Origin: a virus
Lineage: Duplodnaviria > Caudoviricetes
DNA: 36,960 nt
Reading direction: 5' to 3' (one strand)
IMG/VR virus record: IMGVR_UViG_3300032301_000105
Span: 1 to 36,960 of that record
The notes beneath the pieces were generated by a model. That model was not told where the DNA came from. It did not search any database and saw only the letters and a list, made by a program, of their open reading frames with translations. This document shows, one piece after another, positions 1-9,217 of this stretch. Position 1 is the stretch's first letter; every line of letters starts with the position of its first letter. The position numbers and the translations under genes were made by a program.

Positions 1-2058
1 ACAGCCATAAGTGTCCTCCGTAAATTCTTTTAGCACTTGGTGTGTGTAAGATATGTTTTGACGACCATGTTTACGATCAACATAGTCCTTTCCAATAGTA
101 TTCATTGCTCCTGGACGAACAAGAGCATTTGATGCTGCCAGTTCATTTAGATTTTTGACACCCATCTTAACAAGAAGGTTTGTGTATGGTGCTGCTTCAC
201 ATTGGAATACACCCTTTGTGTATCCGTCTGATAGCATTTGATAAACATTTGCATCATCCATCTTAATCTTAAGAAGGTCAATCTTCTTTCCATCTCGCTC
301 TTTAATAATGTCAATTGTGTTCTTAAGAACAGACAAAGTCTTAAGACCCAAGGCATCAATCTTAATTAAACCAATTCTTTCAGCCTCTTCCATGTCAACG
401 CCTACAACAGGAATTCTTTCATCTGATCCAGTAGAAGACCTTGTTTCAAGTGGTGCGTATCTAAAGATTGGCTCTTTTGCAGTTACAACACCAGCAGCAT
501 GGATTCCTGTGCCACGAATACGACCACGAAGTTGTTCTCCATAAACTTCTACCTCTGGATACTTCTCACGAAACTCTAGTGTTGATTTAGATGTGCAGAA
601 GTCATCCCAAGTGTCTACGGTCTTTAATACTTTATTAACATCTGAAAGCGGTATGTTTAGTACTCGTGCAACATCTCTTACAATTCCTTTTCCAGTAAAC
701 TGTAAGAATGTAGCAATAGAGGCAACATGTCGATACTGTCTAACAAGATAATCTTTAACTTCTTCACGACGAGTATCCTGAATATCTGTATCAATATCTG
801 GAAAGTCGTTACGCTCTGGATTAATAAATCGGAAGAACAAAAGATTGTGTTCAATAGGATCAATATCTGTAATCTTTAATGCATAACAAACAAGAGAACC
901 AGCAGATGATCCACGACCTGGCCCAACCATAATCTCTTCCTTCTTAGCCCAGTTAATCATGTTACTTACAACAAGGAAGTATGGGGCAAACTTCTTGTCC
1001 TTAATAATCTGTAATTCTTCTTCAAGTCTATCAAGGTACTCTTGGTTTTCTGACAAACCTCGCTCTGCCAAACCTTCAAGCGCAACCTTAGCAAGTTCTT
1101 TATCAGGACTCTTGTACTGTACTGGAAGAAGGTTTAGCCCTTCTTGAATGCCATAGTCTCCTACTGTATCTGCTAGTAGTAGTGTGTTTGAGTAAATGTC
1201 TGGTCGATCAATACCCTGCGATTCCATCGCTGCTTTAATCTCTTCGTATGAGAGAAGGTGAATATCAAACTTATTAAATGTTATCTGACGGTCTTCGCCA
1301 TAAAGATAGTCCAGGCGTTCCATCATGTTGCCTTTTTTCTTTGACTTCTCATACGTTGCATCTTTTACAAACTTACCATGTGTATTCATTAGCAACTTAA
1401 ACTCTTGAACTTCTTTTTGTGACGGATCAACATGGTGGCAGTCTGGTGTTACAACAACTTTGATTCCAAACTCATCTGCTAGTTCAATTAAATATTTGTT
1501 TATGTGTGCTTCGTTGTGAGGCATGACTTCGATATAGTAGTCATCTTCAAATCTTTCTTTAAACCACAGAATGTATTTCTTAGCAAGAGCAAACTCTTCT
1601 TCCTCTAATGCCTTTACAAGTACACTACTTGGACAAGCAGAGGTTACTATAATTCCTTCTTTATACTTTTCAAGAATAGTAAAATCAAATCGTGGCTTCT
1701 TAAAGAAACCATCTGTCCAAGATAGTTCACTAATCTTGTTAAGGTTTTCTAGTCCAATTTGATTCTTGGCTAGAAGGATAATGTGATTGTAGACAAGATC
1801 TTGTTGACCTTCTCTTTCAGACTTATCTCGTGTATCAGATATGTCTGCACACATGTATCCTTCTAGACCTAGAATTGGCTTAATGCCCTTTGCTTTTGCA
1901 ATACGGTGCAGTTCCCTATGCCCAGATAAAGTACCGTGGTCAGTGATGGCTATTGCAGGCATCCCTAACTCAACTGCACGGTCAACATATTCTTCTGGAG
2001 TAGCAATCCCATCAAATAAACTAAAATGGGTATGGACATGTAAGCCTACGTAGTTCAT
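1..2058 (-). CDS. dnaE: DNA polymerase III alpha subunit (DnaE-type, family C), 5' part; runs off left edge
   Basis: Manual translation from ATG at 2058 is open to position 1: MNYVGLHVHTHFSLFDG, AITDHG, LGLEGY, TSACP, VTPDCHH (PHP domain), VGPGRGSSAGSLVCY, RFINPERNDFPDIDTD (catalytic Asp pair), GIHAAGVV, GLIKIDALGLKTL, GVFQCE, LVRPG, TYGC. Absent from the ORF track because it has no stop inside the window. Confidence 0.97.
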   Translation of the reverse strand, partial: MNYVGLHVHTHFSLFDGIATPEEYVDRAVELGMPAIAITDHGTLSGHRELHRIAKAKGIKPILGLEGYMCADISDTRDKSEREGQQDLVYNHIILLAKNQIGLENLNKISELSWTDGFFKKPRFDFTILEKYKEGIIVTSACPSSVLVKALEEEEFALAKKYILWFKERFEDDYYIEVMPHNEAHINKYLIELADEFGIKVVVTPDCHHVDPSQKEVQEFKLLMNTHGKFVKDATYEKSKKKGNMMERLDYLYGEDRQITFNKFDIHLLSYEEIKAAMESQGIDRPDIYSNTLLLADTVGDYGIQEGLNLLPVQYKSPDKELAKVALEGLAERGLSENQEYLDRLEEELQIIKDKKFAPYFLVVSNMINWAKKEEIMVGPGRGSSAGSLVCYALKITDIDPIEHNLLFFRFINPERNDFPDIDTDIQDTRREEVKDYLVRQYRHVASIATFLQFTGKGIVRDVARVLNIPLSDVNKVLKTVDTWDDFCTSKSTLEFREKYPEVEVYGEQLRGRIRGTGIHAAGVVTAKEPIFRYAPLETRSSTGSDERIPVVGVDMEEAERIGLIKIDALGLKTLSVLKNTIDIIKERDGKKIDLLKIKMDDANVYQMLSDGYTKGVFQCEAAPYTNLLVKMGVKNLNELAASNALVRPGAMNTIGKDYVDRKHGRQNISYTHQVLKEFTEDTYGC

Positions 2059-2059
2059 A

Positions 2060-2716
2060 TTACCAATCAGCGTTTGTTGCTGAGGTGGTAGATGGACCAT
2101 CAAAGCCCAAATAGAACGCTTCTTGTTCTGCATAAGGAATCTTTTTTAGTGCTGACTCCAATGGATAAGGTTCGATGGCCTTCCAATCGAAAGGCTCCTT
2201 ATCTGGTGCAGATGGAATAAGTGTGTAATTAGTTTCAGTTCCCTGACCATTACGCTTTAACTTCCATAGTACGTTTGAGATGCTTCCTGTTTCAAGAGCA
2301 TACTCACGAATTGTATTGAATGATGACTGCTTGCTGATACCCATTGACCAGATTGCTACATACGGTGCTTCAATTCCATCATCAACTAATACGTTGCAAT
2401 AGAAACGAAGTCGACCACGCCATCCTGCCTTTGGATCCTTGCGGTGCATTTCTTCTGCCCAGTCACGGCCTTCAGACTCCATTGTATCTACAGCCTTACG
2501 CTTGTAGTCCTTTGGATTTACGTGCTCCTTAACAACAAGTGCTAGTCCACGATTTTCATTATAGTTTGCAGAATCCTCATCGAGTTCTTCGATAAATCGG
2601 ATCTTTACAGACTGACCGTCTGCTAGTTTTAGCCACTTTAACTTTGGCCCGTCGTTTTCATACTTTGGCTTGTCGAGCAGGGCATTAATGTTCTTGAGTC
2701 CCTTTACTACGCTCAT
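2060..2716 (-). CDS. single-stranded DNA-binding protein, gp32-like
   Basis: WLKLADGQSVKIRF start, RNGQGTETNYTL, short tail ending DW; lies between primase and DnaE; SD AAAGGAGA upstream. Confidence 0.7.
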   Translation of the reverse strand: MSVVKGLKNINALLDKPKYENDGPKLKWLKLADGQSVKIRFIEELDEDSANYNENRGLALVVKEHVNPKDYKRKAVDTMESEGRDWAEEMHRKDPKAGWRGRLRFYCNVLVDDGIEAPYVAIWSMGISKQSSFNTIREYALETGSISNVLWKLKRNGQGTETNYTLIPSAPDKEPFDWKAIEPYPLESALKKIPYAEQEAFYLGFDGPSTTSATNADW

Positions 2717-2739
2717 ATATTTCTCCTTTGTTTGTTATA

Positions 2740-3684
2740 TTAGTTTAGCATAAGTGATATTGATTTGTCAAACTGGAACTCTAAATTCTTAAGTTCTTCA
2801 TCTGGCATATCTCCAATATCCTTATACTGATTGTTTAGTTTGATAACAGAAACACGAGTAGAAAGTTTTTCAACTATCCTATCTTTCATGTTTCCTCCCG
2901 CCTCATCGTTGTCAGCAATAACAATAATGTTATTGAAATACTTCTGAAGCAATTCTATTTGTGTGCTTGAAACATTTGCACCAAGGGTCGCTACTGCTGG
3001 AAGTCCTACCTGATCAAGCCTAATGGCATCAAATGATGACTCCACTACATATACTCTATCAGATTTTTTAACTCTGTGCAAGTTAAAAAGCGTTTTACTC
3101 TTTGGTAGTCCTGGAGTATTCTTAAAATCTTTTCCCTCAATAGATCTACCAACAAATCCCAAAGGAATTCCATCTGGACTATGAACTGGAACAGTTACCA
3201 TATCTTGTTTTTCTGAATATCCCAATGAGAATTTTATGCAAGAAGGCTTTTGTATTTTCCTGTATGTAAAATAATTTTTTGCTCTTTCTGAAGCAACCAA
3301 ACCATTATGAAGTCTTTTAATAATAAGTTCATCAAAGGTTTTATAGGTTTCCTCTTTTACAAGAACCTTATCAATTTCTGTAGTAAGGTTAGTTAACTTT
3401 TCTTTGCTTTTTATAAACCTTGCAGACTCAAAGTAAGTTCTTCCAGAAGTGTGCATAACTAGTTCTATAAGGTCTGCAGATTTTTGACAAGAAAAACAAA
3501 AGAACATTCCGCTATCTTTTTGCACTTCTCCTGCTGGTGTTCTGTGATTATTGTGAAATGGGCAAAATATCATAAAGTCTGCATCAAGTTCAGACTCTAC
3601 GGTAATACCCGATCCTGTAAGGACTCGCTTGACTTGCTCTGGGGAATAAATATTGGATTGGTTCCGTCTATTCCTGCTATCCAT
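2740..3684 (-). CDS. dnaG: DNA primase (CHC2 zinc finger plus TOPRIM)
   Basis: CPFH...CFSC zinc finger; GFVGR; TOPRIM motifs VVESSFDA and ADNDEAG; KDIGD. Confidence 0.93.
   Translation of the reverse strand: MDSRNRRNQSNIYSPEQVKRVLTGSGITVESELDADFMIFCPFHNNHRTPAGEVQKDSGMFFCFSCQKSADLIELVMHTSGRTYFESARFIKSKEKLTNLTTEIDKVLVKEETYKTFDELIIKRLHNGLVASERAKNYFTYRKIQKPSCIKFSLGYSEKQDMVTVPVHSPDGIPLGFVGRSIEGKDFKNTPGLPKSKTLFNLHRVKKSDRVYVVESSFDAIRLDQVGLPAVATLGANVSSTQIELLQKYFNNIIVIADNDEAGGNMKDRIVEKLSTRVSVIKLNNQYKDIGDMPDEELKNLEFQFDKSISLMLN
2742..2750 (-). promoter_or_regulatory. extended -10 promoter (TGCTAAACT) for SSB-dnaE
   Basis: Matches the TGnTAnAnT motif seen at other gene starts; followed by a short leader with SD AAAGGAGA (2722-2729). 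Confidence 0.5.
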
Positions 3685-3953
3685 TCGCTCTTCCTTTTCC
3701 CTGCGTAGACTGCCTGCACTGATAATTTAAATTCAAAAAAGTTCTTTAATTCATTATACCCTATAGTGAAGTCTGGGTCAAGATCAATTCTTGGCACATA
3801 ACCACTAAGTTTCATTTGTGATATCAATAGTCGAACGTACTCTTCTTTGAGCCTTCCAATCATTGAATCGTCATGAATTATTCCATCAAGATAAAACCTT
3901 TTGATAGGCTTATGATGGTATGACTCACCCGATATATCGTTCTTTTTTGACAT
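3597..3953 (-). CDS. hypothetical protein between helicase and primase
   Basis: 118-aa ORF; TATAAT 5 nt upstream of ATG; overlaps the primase start by 88 nt. Confidence 0.7.
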   Translation of the reverse strand: MSKKNDISGESYHHKPIKRFYLDGIIHDDSMIGRLKEEYVRLLISQMKLSGYVPRIDLDPDFTIGYNELKNFFEFKLSVQAVYAGKRKSEWIAGIDGTNPIFIPQSKSSESLQDRVLP

Positions 3954-3958
3954 ACCAT

Positions 3959-3964
3959 ATTATA
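3959..3964 (-). promoter_or_regulatory. -10 box TATAAT, probable leaderless start of the 118-aa gene
   Basis: TATAAT-atggt-ATG with no SD; lacks the TG extension. Confidence 0.45.
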
Positions 3965-3965
3965 A

Positions 3966-5186
3966 CTACTTATCTTCAAAGTCTTTATATCTATAATATC
4001 CCTTATCAAAGTCACACTGAACTAAGAAGTCTCCCATAAAACCATTACGGTTCTTTCTAAATGCACATTCAATGATGTCACTATTTGTCCCACGGCCCAG
4101 TGCAAGTACCCAGTCAGCATCGTAAGCAATCTGTCTAGACCATGCTGTCTGACCCAGCGTAGGGACCGTAGATAGGTCATTGACATCATCTGGTGTGGCA
4201 GATGAGATAGCAATAATAGGAACCTCTTCGCCAATAGCCATTAGTTTAAGTTCTCTTGAAAGGTTCTTCATTCTTACCGTTTCATTATCTGACTTCTGAT
4301 TAGGAGCCATCAACTGAAGGTAGTCAACGATTACAAAGTCTGGCTTGTACTGATCAATCTTTCCACGAAGCACTGAAGGATTAATTTCTCCACCGCTATC
4401 ATTTGAAATAATGTGAAACTCTGGCTTACCTGCAAGATTCTTTGCATGCCAATCCTTTAGCATATCAATCTCAATCTCACCGTTACTTATCTTTCGGTGT
4501 GACCAGCGACCTTCTCCCATAATTGTAAACACACGATTACGAACTTCAGTCTCAGACATTTCAAGAGAAATTACCATTGGAGACTTGCCCTGCTTCCAAG
4601 CCTGCACTGCAAAGTAGAGTGCAAGCCATGACTTACCAATTCCTGGATAAGCAAGAAACACTCCAAGTTGTCCTGGCATAATTCCAGAAGGTAGGTAATT
4701 GTCAAACCCTGGAAGTCCTGTTTTAATTCCAGACAAACCTAGTGCTTGCTGCTTCTTAACATTTTCAAAGTATGCAATTGCTGACTCAAGATCTGTAACA
4801 TCAATATCACGAATTGCAGCAGTGTTCTTTTTTAGTTCTGAAGTTTTTGTAATTAATTCGTTAAGTGCACCAGTTCCATTATTGTTTTGAATCTCTGATG
4901 CTGCAGATCTAATAATATCCTTAAGGCTATCTGTTAAGTACTCTCCCTGAAGTTCTTCAAGGTGATGCTTTGTTGCACCAACTCCAGCAACTGGTTCAAA
5001 GTCTCTAAACTTTTCAGTTACTAGTTCTGCTGGAGGAAGGACTGAGTTATTCTCAAAATATAGCCTTACAAAATTCCAAATATCTCCGTGGGTTCTTAAG
5101 AGGTTGTCAACATTTGCTTGAAGAAGAACGTGGATCTGCTTATCTTTTAAAACAGCGGTAAGTAGTTTTGCCTCTGTGTTATTCAC
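3966..5186 (-). CDS. dnaB: replicative DNA helicase, DnaB-like (SF4)
   Basis: Walker A AYPGIGKS, ISLEMS, Walker B VIVDYLQLM, IAYDAD, KNRNG; GTG start overlapping the upstream gene end. Confidence 0.95.
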   Translation of the reverse strand: MNNTEAKLLTAVLKDKQIHVLLQANVDNLLRTHGDIWNFVRLYFENNSVLPPAELVTEKFRDFEPVAGVGATKHHLEELQGEYLTDSLKDIIRSAASEIQNNNGTGALNELITKTSELKKNTAAIRDIDVTDLESAIAYFENVKKQQALGLSGIKTGLPGFDNYLPSGIMPGQLGVFLAYPGIGKSWLALYFAVQAWKQGKSPMVISLEMSETEVRNRVFTIMGEGRWSHRKISNGEIEIDMLKDWHAKNLAGKPEFHIISNDSGGEINPSVLRGKIDQYKPDFVIVDYLQLMAPNQKSDNETVRMKNLSRELKLMAIGEEVPIIAISSATPDDVNDLSTVPTLGQTAWSRQIAYDADWVLALGRGTNSDIIECAFRKNRNGFMGDFLVQCDFDKGYYRYKDFEDK

Positions 5187-5487
5187 TTAGCCACTCCTTT
5201 GCCAATCTTCTGCGCTCATTGCGCTCTTCAATATCTTTAACTTTATCTTTTTTTGCTTGCAATATTTTTTCTGCATTATATGCAAAGTAATTCCAAGAAG
5301 GATTTTCTGCAACTGAAAAGTAATACTCAAGTATATCGTAACATCCTGGTAGTGTATATGACTCTACAAGGGCATCAGAGGCCCACTGCTCCACATTTAG
5401 GTTGAGTGATGGCTTTGATTCGTACCTTGCGGTATGATACTTGCTGTATCTTGAAAGCAAAGCCATACGGTCTTTGCGTTCAGCCAT
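5179..5487 (-). CDS. hypothetical protein coupled to helicase (possible loader or replication accessory)
   Basis: 102-aa ORF with TAATG coupling upstream and overlap with the dnaB start; function inferred from position only. Confidence 0.65.
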   Translation of the reverse strand: MAERKDRMALLSRYSKYHTARYESKPSLNLNVEQWASDALVESYTLPGCYDILEYYFSVAENPSWNYFAYNAEKILQAKKDKVKDIEERNERRRLAKEWLSE

Positions 5488-5696
5488 TATGCTTCGGCAG
5501 CCTCTTCTTGTGCCTCTTTAATCTTTTCTGTAAGTTTATCTTCAACAAACTTATATACACGCTCAAAAGCCTGATCTGGGGTTTCTCCATTACGTCTTGC
5601 ATCTACAACTCCAAGATCAAGTCTTAGTGATTGAAAGTTGCCAAGATTAAGTGTGTAACCCAGTGTAACGGATACCTTTGTCTCTTCGTTTTGCAT
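5487..5696 (-). CDS. small hypothetical protein (69 aa)
   Basis: Start moved to ATG 5696 (MQNEETKVSVTLGYTLNLGNFQSLRLD), which follows GAAGGG and avoids overlap with the upstream gene. Confidence 0.7.
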   Translation of the reverse strand: MQNEETKVSVTLGYTLNLGNFQSLRLDLGVVDARRNGETPDQAFERVYKFVEDKLTEKIKEAQEEAAEA

Positions 5697-5709
5697 TTTA
5701 TACCCTTCG

Positions 5710-6252
5710 TTAAATAGACTCGTTCCAGATTGGAACAAATCTCCCATCTTCTGTCTTCCTATATGTAAGTATACCATCGCCCATTCTTCGTGTCAACTCT
5801 TGCTTACTAGGCGTAATATCATTAGTAATTAACTTATCTTTTCTTGGTCGACCAATATGATATGAAGCAAGTATATCACGGATCTCTTTTACTTGGGATT
5901 CTGAATAGTATGATCGTACTTGAAAGCCTCTTGCCCCACCTTTTTGAGATCCAGTAGGGAATGGAATCACTCCTCGTTTCATTAATGATGGCATATATTT
6001 TTTATGACGATTAACTAAATCAGCAGTCTGACCGACAGTGTATGCTCGTTCTCTTTTATTTTTAAACTCACTAATCAAACAACTTTCAATTTGGTCCTTA
6101 TTTATATTATAAATAGACATGATTCCATTTGAGTGATTGTAGTGATGAATTCTTACAAGGTCCTTGTTTAAAAACCAAACTTTTTTGTTGCCTGGTATTA
6201 CAGGTAACTCATTGTACTTTTCGCTCTCGATTGTTCCCTTTTTAGTAACCAT
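5710..6252 (-). CDS. DNA-binding protein with MerR-like/excisionase-type HTH
   Basis: RAYTVGQTADLVNRHKKYMPSLMKRGVIP...RSYYSESQVKEI resembles the MerR winged HTH; SD GGAGG upstream. Confidence 0.7.
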   Translation of the reverse strand: MVTKKGTIESEKYNELPVIPGNKKVWFLNKDLVRIHHYNHSNGIMSIYNINKDQIESCLISEFKNKRERAYTVGQTADLVNRHKKYMPSLMKRGVIPFPTGSQKGGARGFQVRSYYSESQVKEIRDILASYHIGRPRKDKLITNDITPSKQELTRRMGDGILTYRKTEDGRFVPIWNESI

Positions 6253-6389
6253 CGTCCCTCCAAGGTGTGGCTAGGTGGATGAAAAAATACTCTAAACCCA
6301 CAGGTCATGCAATATACCTCTAAATGATTAATTTCTGTATACTGTCTATCTATAAACATTCTACCTTTACATTTTTTACAAGACATCAT
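6198..6389 (-). CDS. small zinc-ribbon protein
   Basis: CKKC...CMTC; TAATG coupling to the upstream tail gene. Confidence 0.7.
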   Translation of the reverse strand: MMSCKKCKGRMFIDRQYTEINHLEVYCMTCGFRVFFHPPSHTLEGRWLLKREQSRAKSTMSYL

Positions 6390-6832
6390 TAATTTGGTAT
6401 TCCTACAATAAGAATATTAATTCCAACAGTTGTGTCTCCACCAGTATTAAATTTAACTATTCCATCTACTCTTGAGGTGGATACACTGTTTATTGTTACC
6501 GTGACATCTCGCCCTGCATCTGTTCCTCCAACATTTACTGCAGTTGCTGTAACTACTGGGACAAATTTAAAGTCTGTTCCAAAAGCATGAAACCAAGGCT
6601 CAGTAGCCCCTGCAATTTTTGATACTCCTGTTGTTACTTGCTTATAAGCACCAATGATTCTAGACTCTGAAATCTTTGCACTTTGTGGTCCGTTGGGCGG
6701 AGTGTCTAATGTCACATACTTATTTGTTGAAGTTGAGACTTGAGAAGATAGATCATTTACAGCCTTAACAATTTGATAGATGTACGTGACATCTAATGGT
6801 TGTCCACGCTCTGGTACGGGTAATATTGCCAT
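6389..6832 (-). CDS. minor tail or fibre-tip-like protein (147 aa)
   Basis: Start moved to ATG 6832, 6 nt after TGGTATAAT; C-terminal beta-rich FGTDFKFVPVVTATAVN pattern typical of small phage fibre/lectin-like domains. Confidence 0.6.
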   Translation of the reverse strand: MAILPVPERGQPLDVTYIYQIVKAVNDLSSQVSTSTNKYVTLDTPPNGPQSAKISESRIIGAYKQVTTGVSKIAGATEPWFHAFGTDFKFVPVVTATAVNVGGTDAGRDVTVTINSVSTSRVDGIVKFNTGGDTTVGINILIVGIPN

Positions 6833-6838
6833 AATACA

Positions 6839-6847
6839 ATTATACCA
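6839..6847 (-). promoter_or_regulatory. extended -10 promoter TGGTATAAT, leaderless
   Basis: TGGTATAAT-tgtatt-ATG; no SD. Confidence 0.65.
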
Positions 6848-7292
6848 GACGCAGACCTGTAATTGCGGATCTGGCTCCAGAATCAAATATCTTAATAGAT
6901 GTACTAATTACTGGCTTTATTGATGCCAGTTGAACTAAAACTTTTAGTGATGTAGGATTTCCAGTTTTTAAAAATGAAAAACTAGTCCCAGTGGTAGTCC
7001 CAACATGAACTGCACTTTCTGTGTCATACTGAACAAAAATATCATACTTTATTTGCTCTGCAGGATTAGATCCGTTAGACCAATTTACTAAAACTGTATT
7101 TCCAATTAAAGATATGTCTCCTGGTAAAACTTGAACTAACTCTCCATTTACAAAAAATATCTGTGACCAAGCAGACTTTCTATTCTTGTCCTCTGCAACT
7201 ATTCTAAATCTTATAACTCTGCCATTTTCAGACGACACTTTTCCTAGAAATTCTTTTTTAACTAAAACATTTTTAATTCCTGCATCTGCCAC
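6840..7292 (-). CDS. putative minor tail protein (beta-rich, FN3/Ig-like)
   Basis: RFRIVAEDKNRKSAWS and VNWS...KYDIFV patterns; GTG start overlapping the upstream TAG. Confidence 0.6.
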   Translation of the reverse strand: MADAGIKNVLVKKEFLGKVSSENGRVIRFRIVAEDKNRKSAWSQIFFVNGELVQVLPGDISLIGNTVLVNWSNGSNPAEQIKYDIFVQYDTESAVHVGTTTGTSFSFLKTGNPTSLKVLVQLASIKPVISTSIKIFDSGARSAITGLRLV

Positions 7293-8671
7293 TATAACAC
7301 ATCCAAACCGAATCTAAATTCAATATAGTTTGTAGTGTTTGCTGATTTAATAATTGGTCTTGCATCTGTAGTTTTTATAACAGAGTATCCCGTTAACCCA
7401 TACACAGAATTTGTTGATGTAACATTTTCAAGTCTAAATCCATCTAAGCAGACATAGAAATCCTCTGTTGGCTCTACGCTTCCACCTTTTACTACAGATG
7501 CATATATTCTTACAGTATTTATTTCTGCCCACGAAAAATCTGAACTTTTTTGCAACTCTTGAAGTTGTTTCTTTACAACAAAATATCTGTTGGTTGAAAA
7601 ATCATTATTTGTATTATTAACAAGTGCTTCAAAAATTGCCCATTTGCCAGTTTTAAAACTTCCAGTAGATGAAAATTCAACAATAATTTTAACTGATTCT
7701 GGTTGTGAAACTGTACTTGTTCCAACCTTTCCGATCTTGTTTACAACAGAAAATGCTAATCTTAACTCGTCTGTAGGAGAGTTTTTACTAAAGTCAACAG
7801 TCGTATCACTTAACTGTATAAAGTTTGATGGTGTGTTTGCAGTTAGGTTGATTGCATTTAAACGGCCATTAGAATCTACAGATATTTTAGAATTGTTTCC
7901 AGATATAGCAAATATGTTATTTAAAAATCTACATCTTTCATGTCTTTCGACTCTATCTGAGTTAGTAAAAATTTTGTTATCTGCATTTGTTTTAAAGACT
8001 GGGTATGCTTGACTAATTATATTTGTCTCTACATCATTAACTAAATATCCTGCTGAAGCAAAAGTTGCTACTACTGCAGTTGAAGAAACAATTGTAAATG
8101 TTGTTGGAGTTGGTACAGTCGCAATATTTACCTTTGATAAATTAAAGGCTGCTGGAGATATTCCAGAAATAGATATCTCAGTTCCAACAGAAAGACCATG
8201 TGATGCATCTGTTGTATATGTCAAAGTTGTTCCAGATGCTGTTGCTTGGGTTATCTTAATAACACGATCATCTAGTGGCCCGTAAATTGATTGGATCTCT
8301 GTTCCCTGAGAAGAATATTTCCATCCTTCTTCATCAGAAAAAGAATATATAACCTTGCTGTCTGTAGATCCTGCAACAGGATTTGATGCTCCAGAAAACA
8401 CGCCAACCTCGGTTATCTCATATCTTTCTTGTGTTGGGAGTTCTGCTGTTAATACAATTTTTGAAACCCCAGACTCATCCACAAAGCCTCTGGAAATAAT
8501 TGGAACACGAAACATTTCAAAATCAAGGGACTGCTTGCCTGAGTAGTCAACAGAAGCGCTGTCTGAAAGCAAGGGTTTTGGTCCACACCCTACAGCAATA
8601 TGAGATGCATAGGATGCAGTCTGCCCAACAAGATACTTTGCAAGAATATTTTTTCCTGTATTTGTTATCAT
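7292..8671 (-). CDS. putative tail/baseplate structural protein
   Basis: MITNTGKNILAKYL...HIAVGCG...ITEVGVFS resembles tail-collar/baseplate N-termini; internal TxxxHGLxxG beta module. Confidence 0.65.
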   Translation of the reverse strand: MITNTGKNILAKYLVGQTASYASHIAVGCGPKPLLSDSASVDYSGKQSLDFEMFRVPIISRGFVDESGVSKIVLTAELPTQERYEITEVGVFSGASNPVAGSTDSKVIYSFSDEEGWKYSSQGTEIQSIYGPLDDRVIKITQATASGTTLTYTTDASHGLSVGTEISISGISPAAFNLSKVNIATVPTPTTFTIVSSTAVVATFASAGYLVNDVETNIISQAYPVFKTNADNKIFTNSDRVERHERCRFLNNIFAISGNNSKISVDSNGRLNAINLTANTPSNFIQLSDTTVDFSKNSPTDELRLAFSVVNKIGKVGTSTVSQPESVKIIVEFSSTGSFKTGKWAIFEALVNNTNNDFSTNRYFVVKKQLQELQKSSDFSWAEINTVRIYASVVKGGSVEPTEDFYVCLDGFRLENVTSTNSVYGLTGYSVIKTTDARPIIKSANTTNYIEFRFGLDVL

Positions 8672-9217
8672 TTAATTTCCTCCATTGTATATTGTAGCAT
8701 CATAAACCTCTCCGCTTGTTAGCATTTGAACTTCTGCTTGCTCTCCCTCTTTAACATTGACAAGATTTATCACCAGATCCCCGCTTATTGGGTCAATATA
8801 GATTGACTTACAATTTGGAACCTTTGTCCATTTTGTTTTATCTGTAACCCCTTCTTTTGGAATAAGGTCGTAGCCATTGCCACAAACTGGAATATGATCC
8901 ATTACTGAGATAGATAAAGATTTAAAGAATGAATCTGATGACTGTAATCTTAAAATATTGTTCGGATTGTATTGCAGGTATAGATCTGTTAGGTTTTTTA
9001 TAGGATTGTAAACCACCTTTTGGCCATTTACTAGGTCATGCCTTGATATTGTTGCAAGTTCTTGGCCACCAATATCTTCAAATATAAGATCAGTCATTAT
9101 CTCAATAGACATGACCTCTTCCCCTTGGATTATTAGGTCTGGGGTTGCAATTTTTATTGCATTAGTATTTGATGATGACTTTGGATCTGGAAGGTTTGCG
9201 GTTGCGCTTGTTGTCAT
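8672..9217 (-). CDS. hypothetical tail-module protein
   Basis: 181-aa ORF translationally coupled (TAATG) within the tail operon. Confidence 0.65.
   Translation of the reverse strand: MTTSATANLPDPKSSSNTNAIKIATPDLIIQGEEVMSIEIMTDLIFEDIGGQELATISRHDLVNGQKVVYNPIKNLTDLYLQYNPNNILRLQSSDSFFKSLSISVMDHIPVCGNGYDLIPKEGVTDKTKWTKVPNCKSIYIDPISGDLVINLVNVKEGEQAEVQMLTSGEVYDATIYNGGN

Noticed and set aside
308-2053. Short ORFs on both strands over the first 2 kb
   Set aside because: They are antisense or out-of-frame shadows of the continuous dnaE frame.
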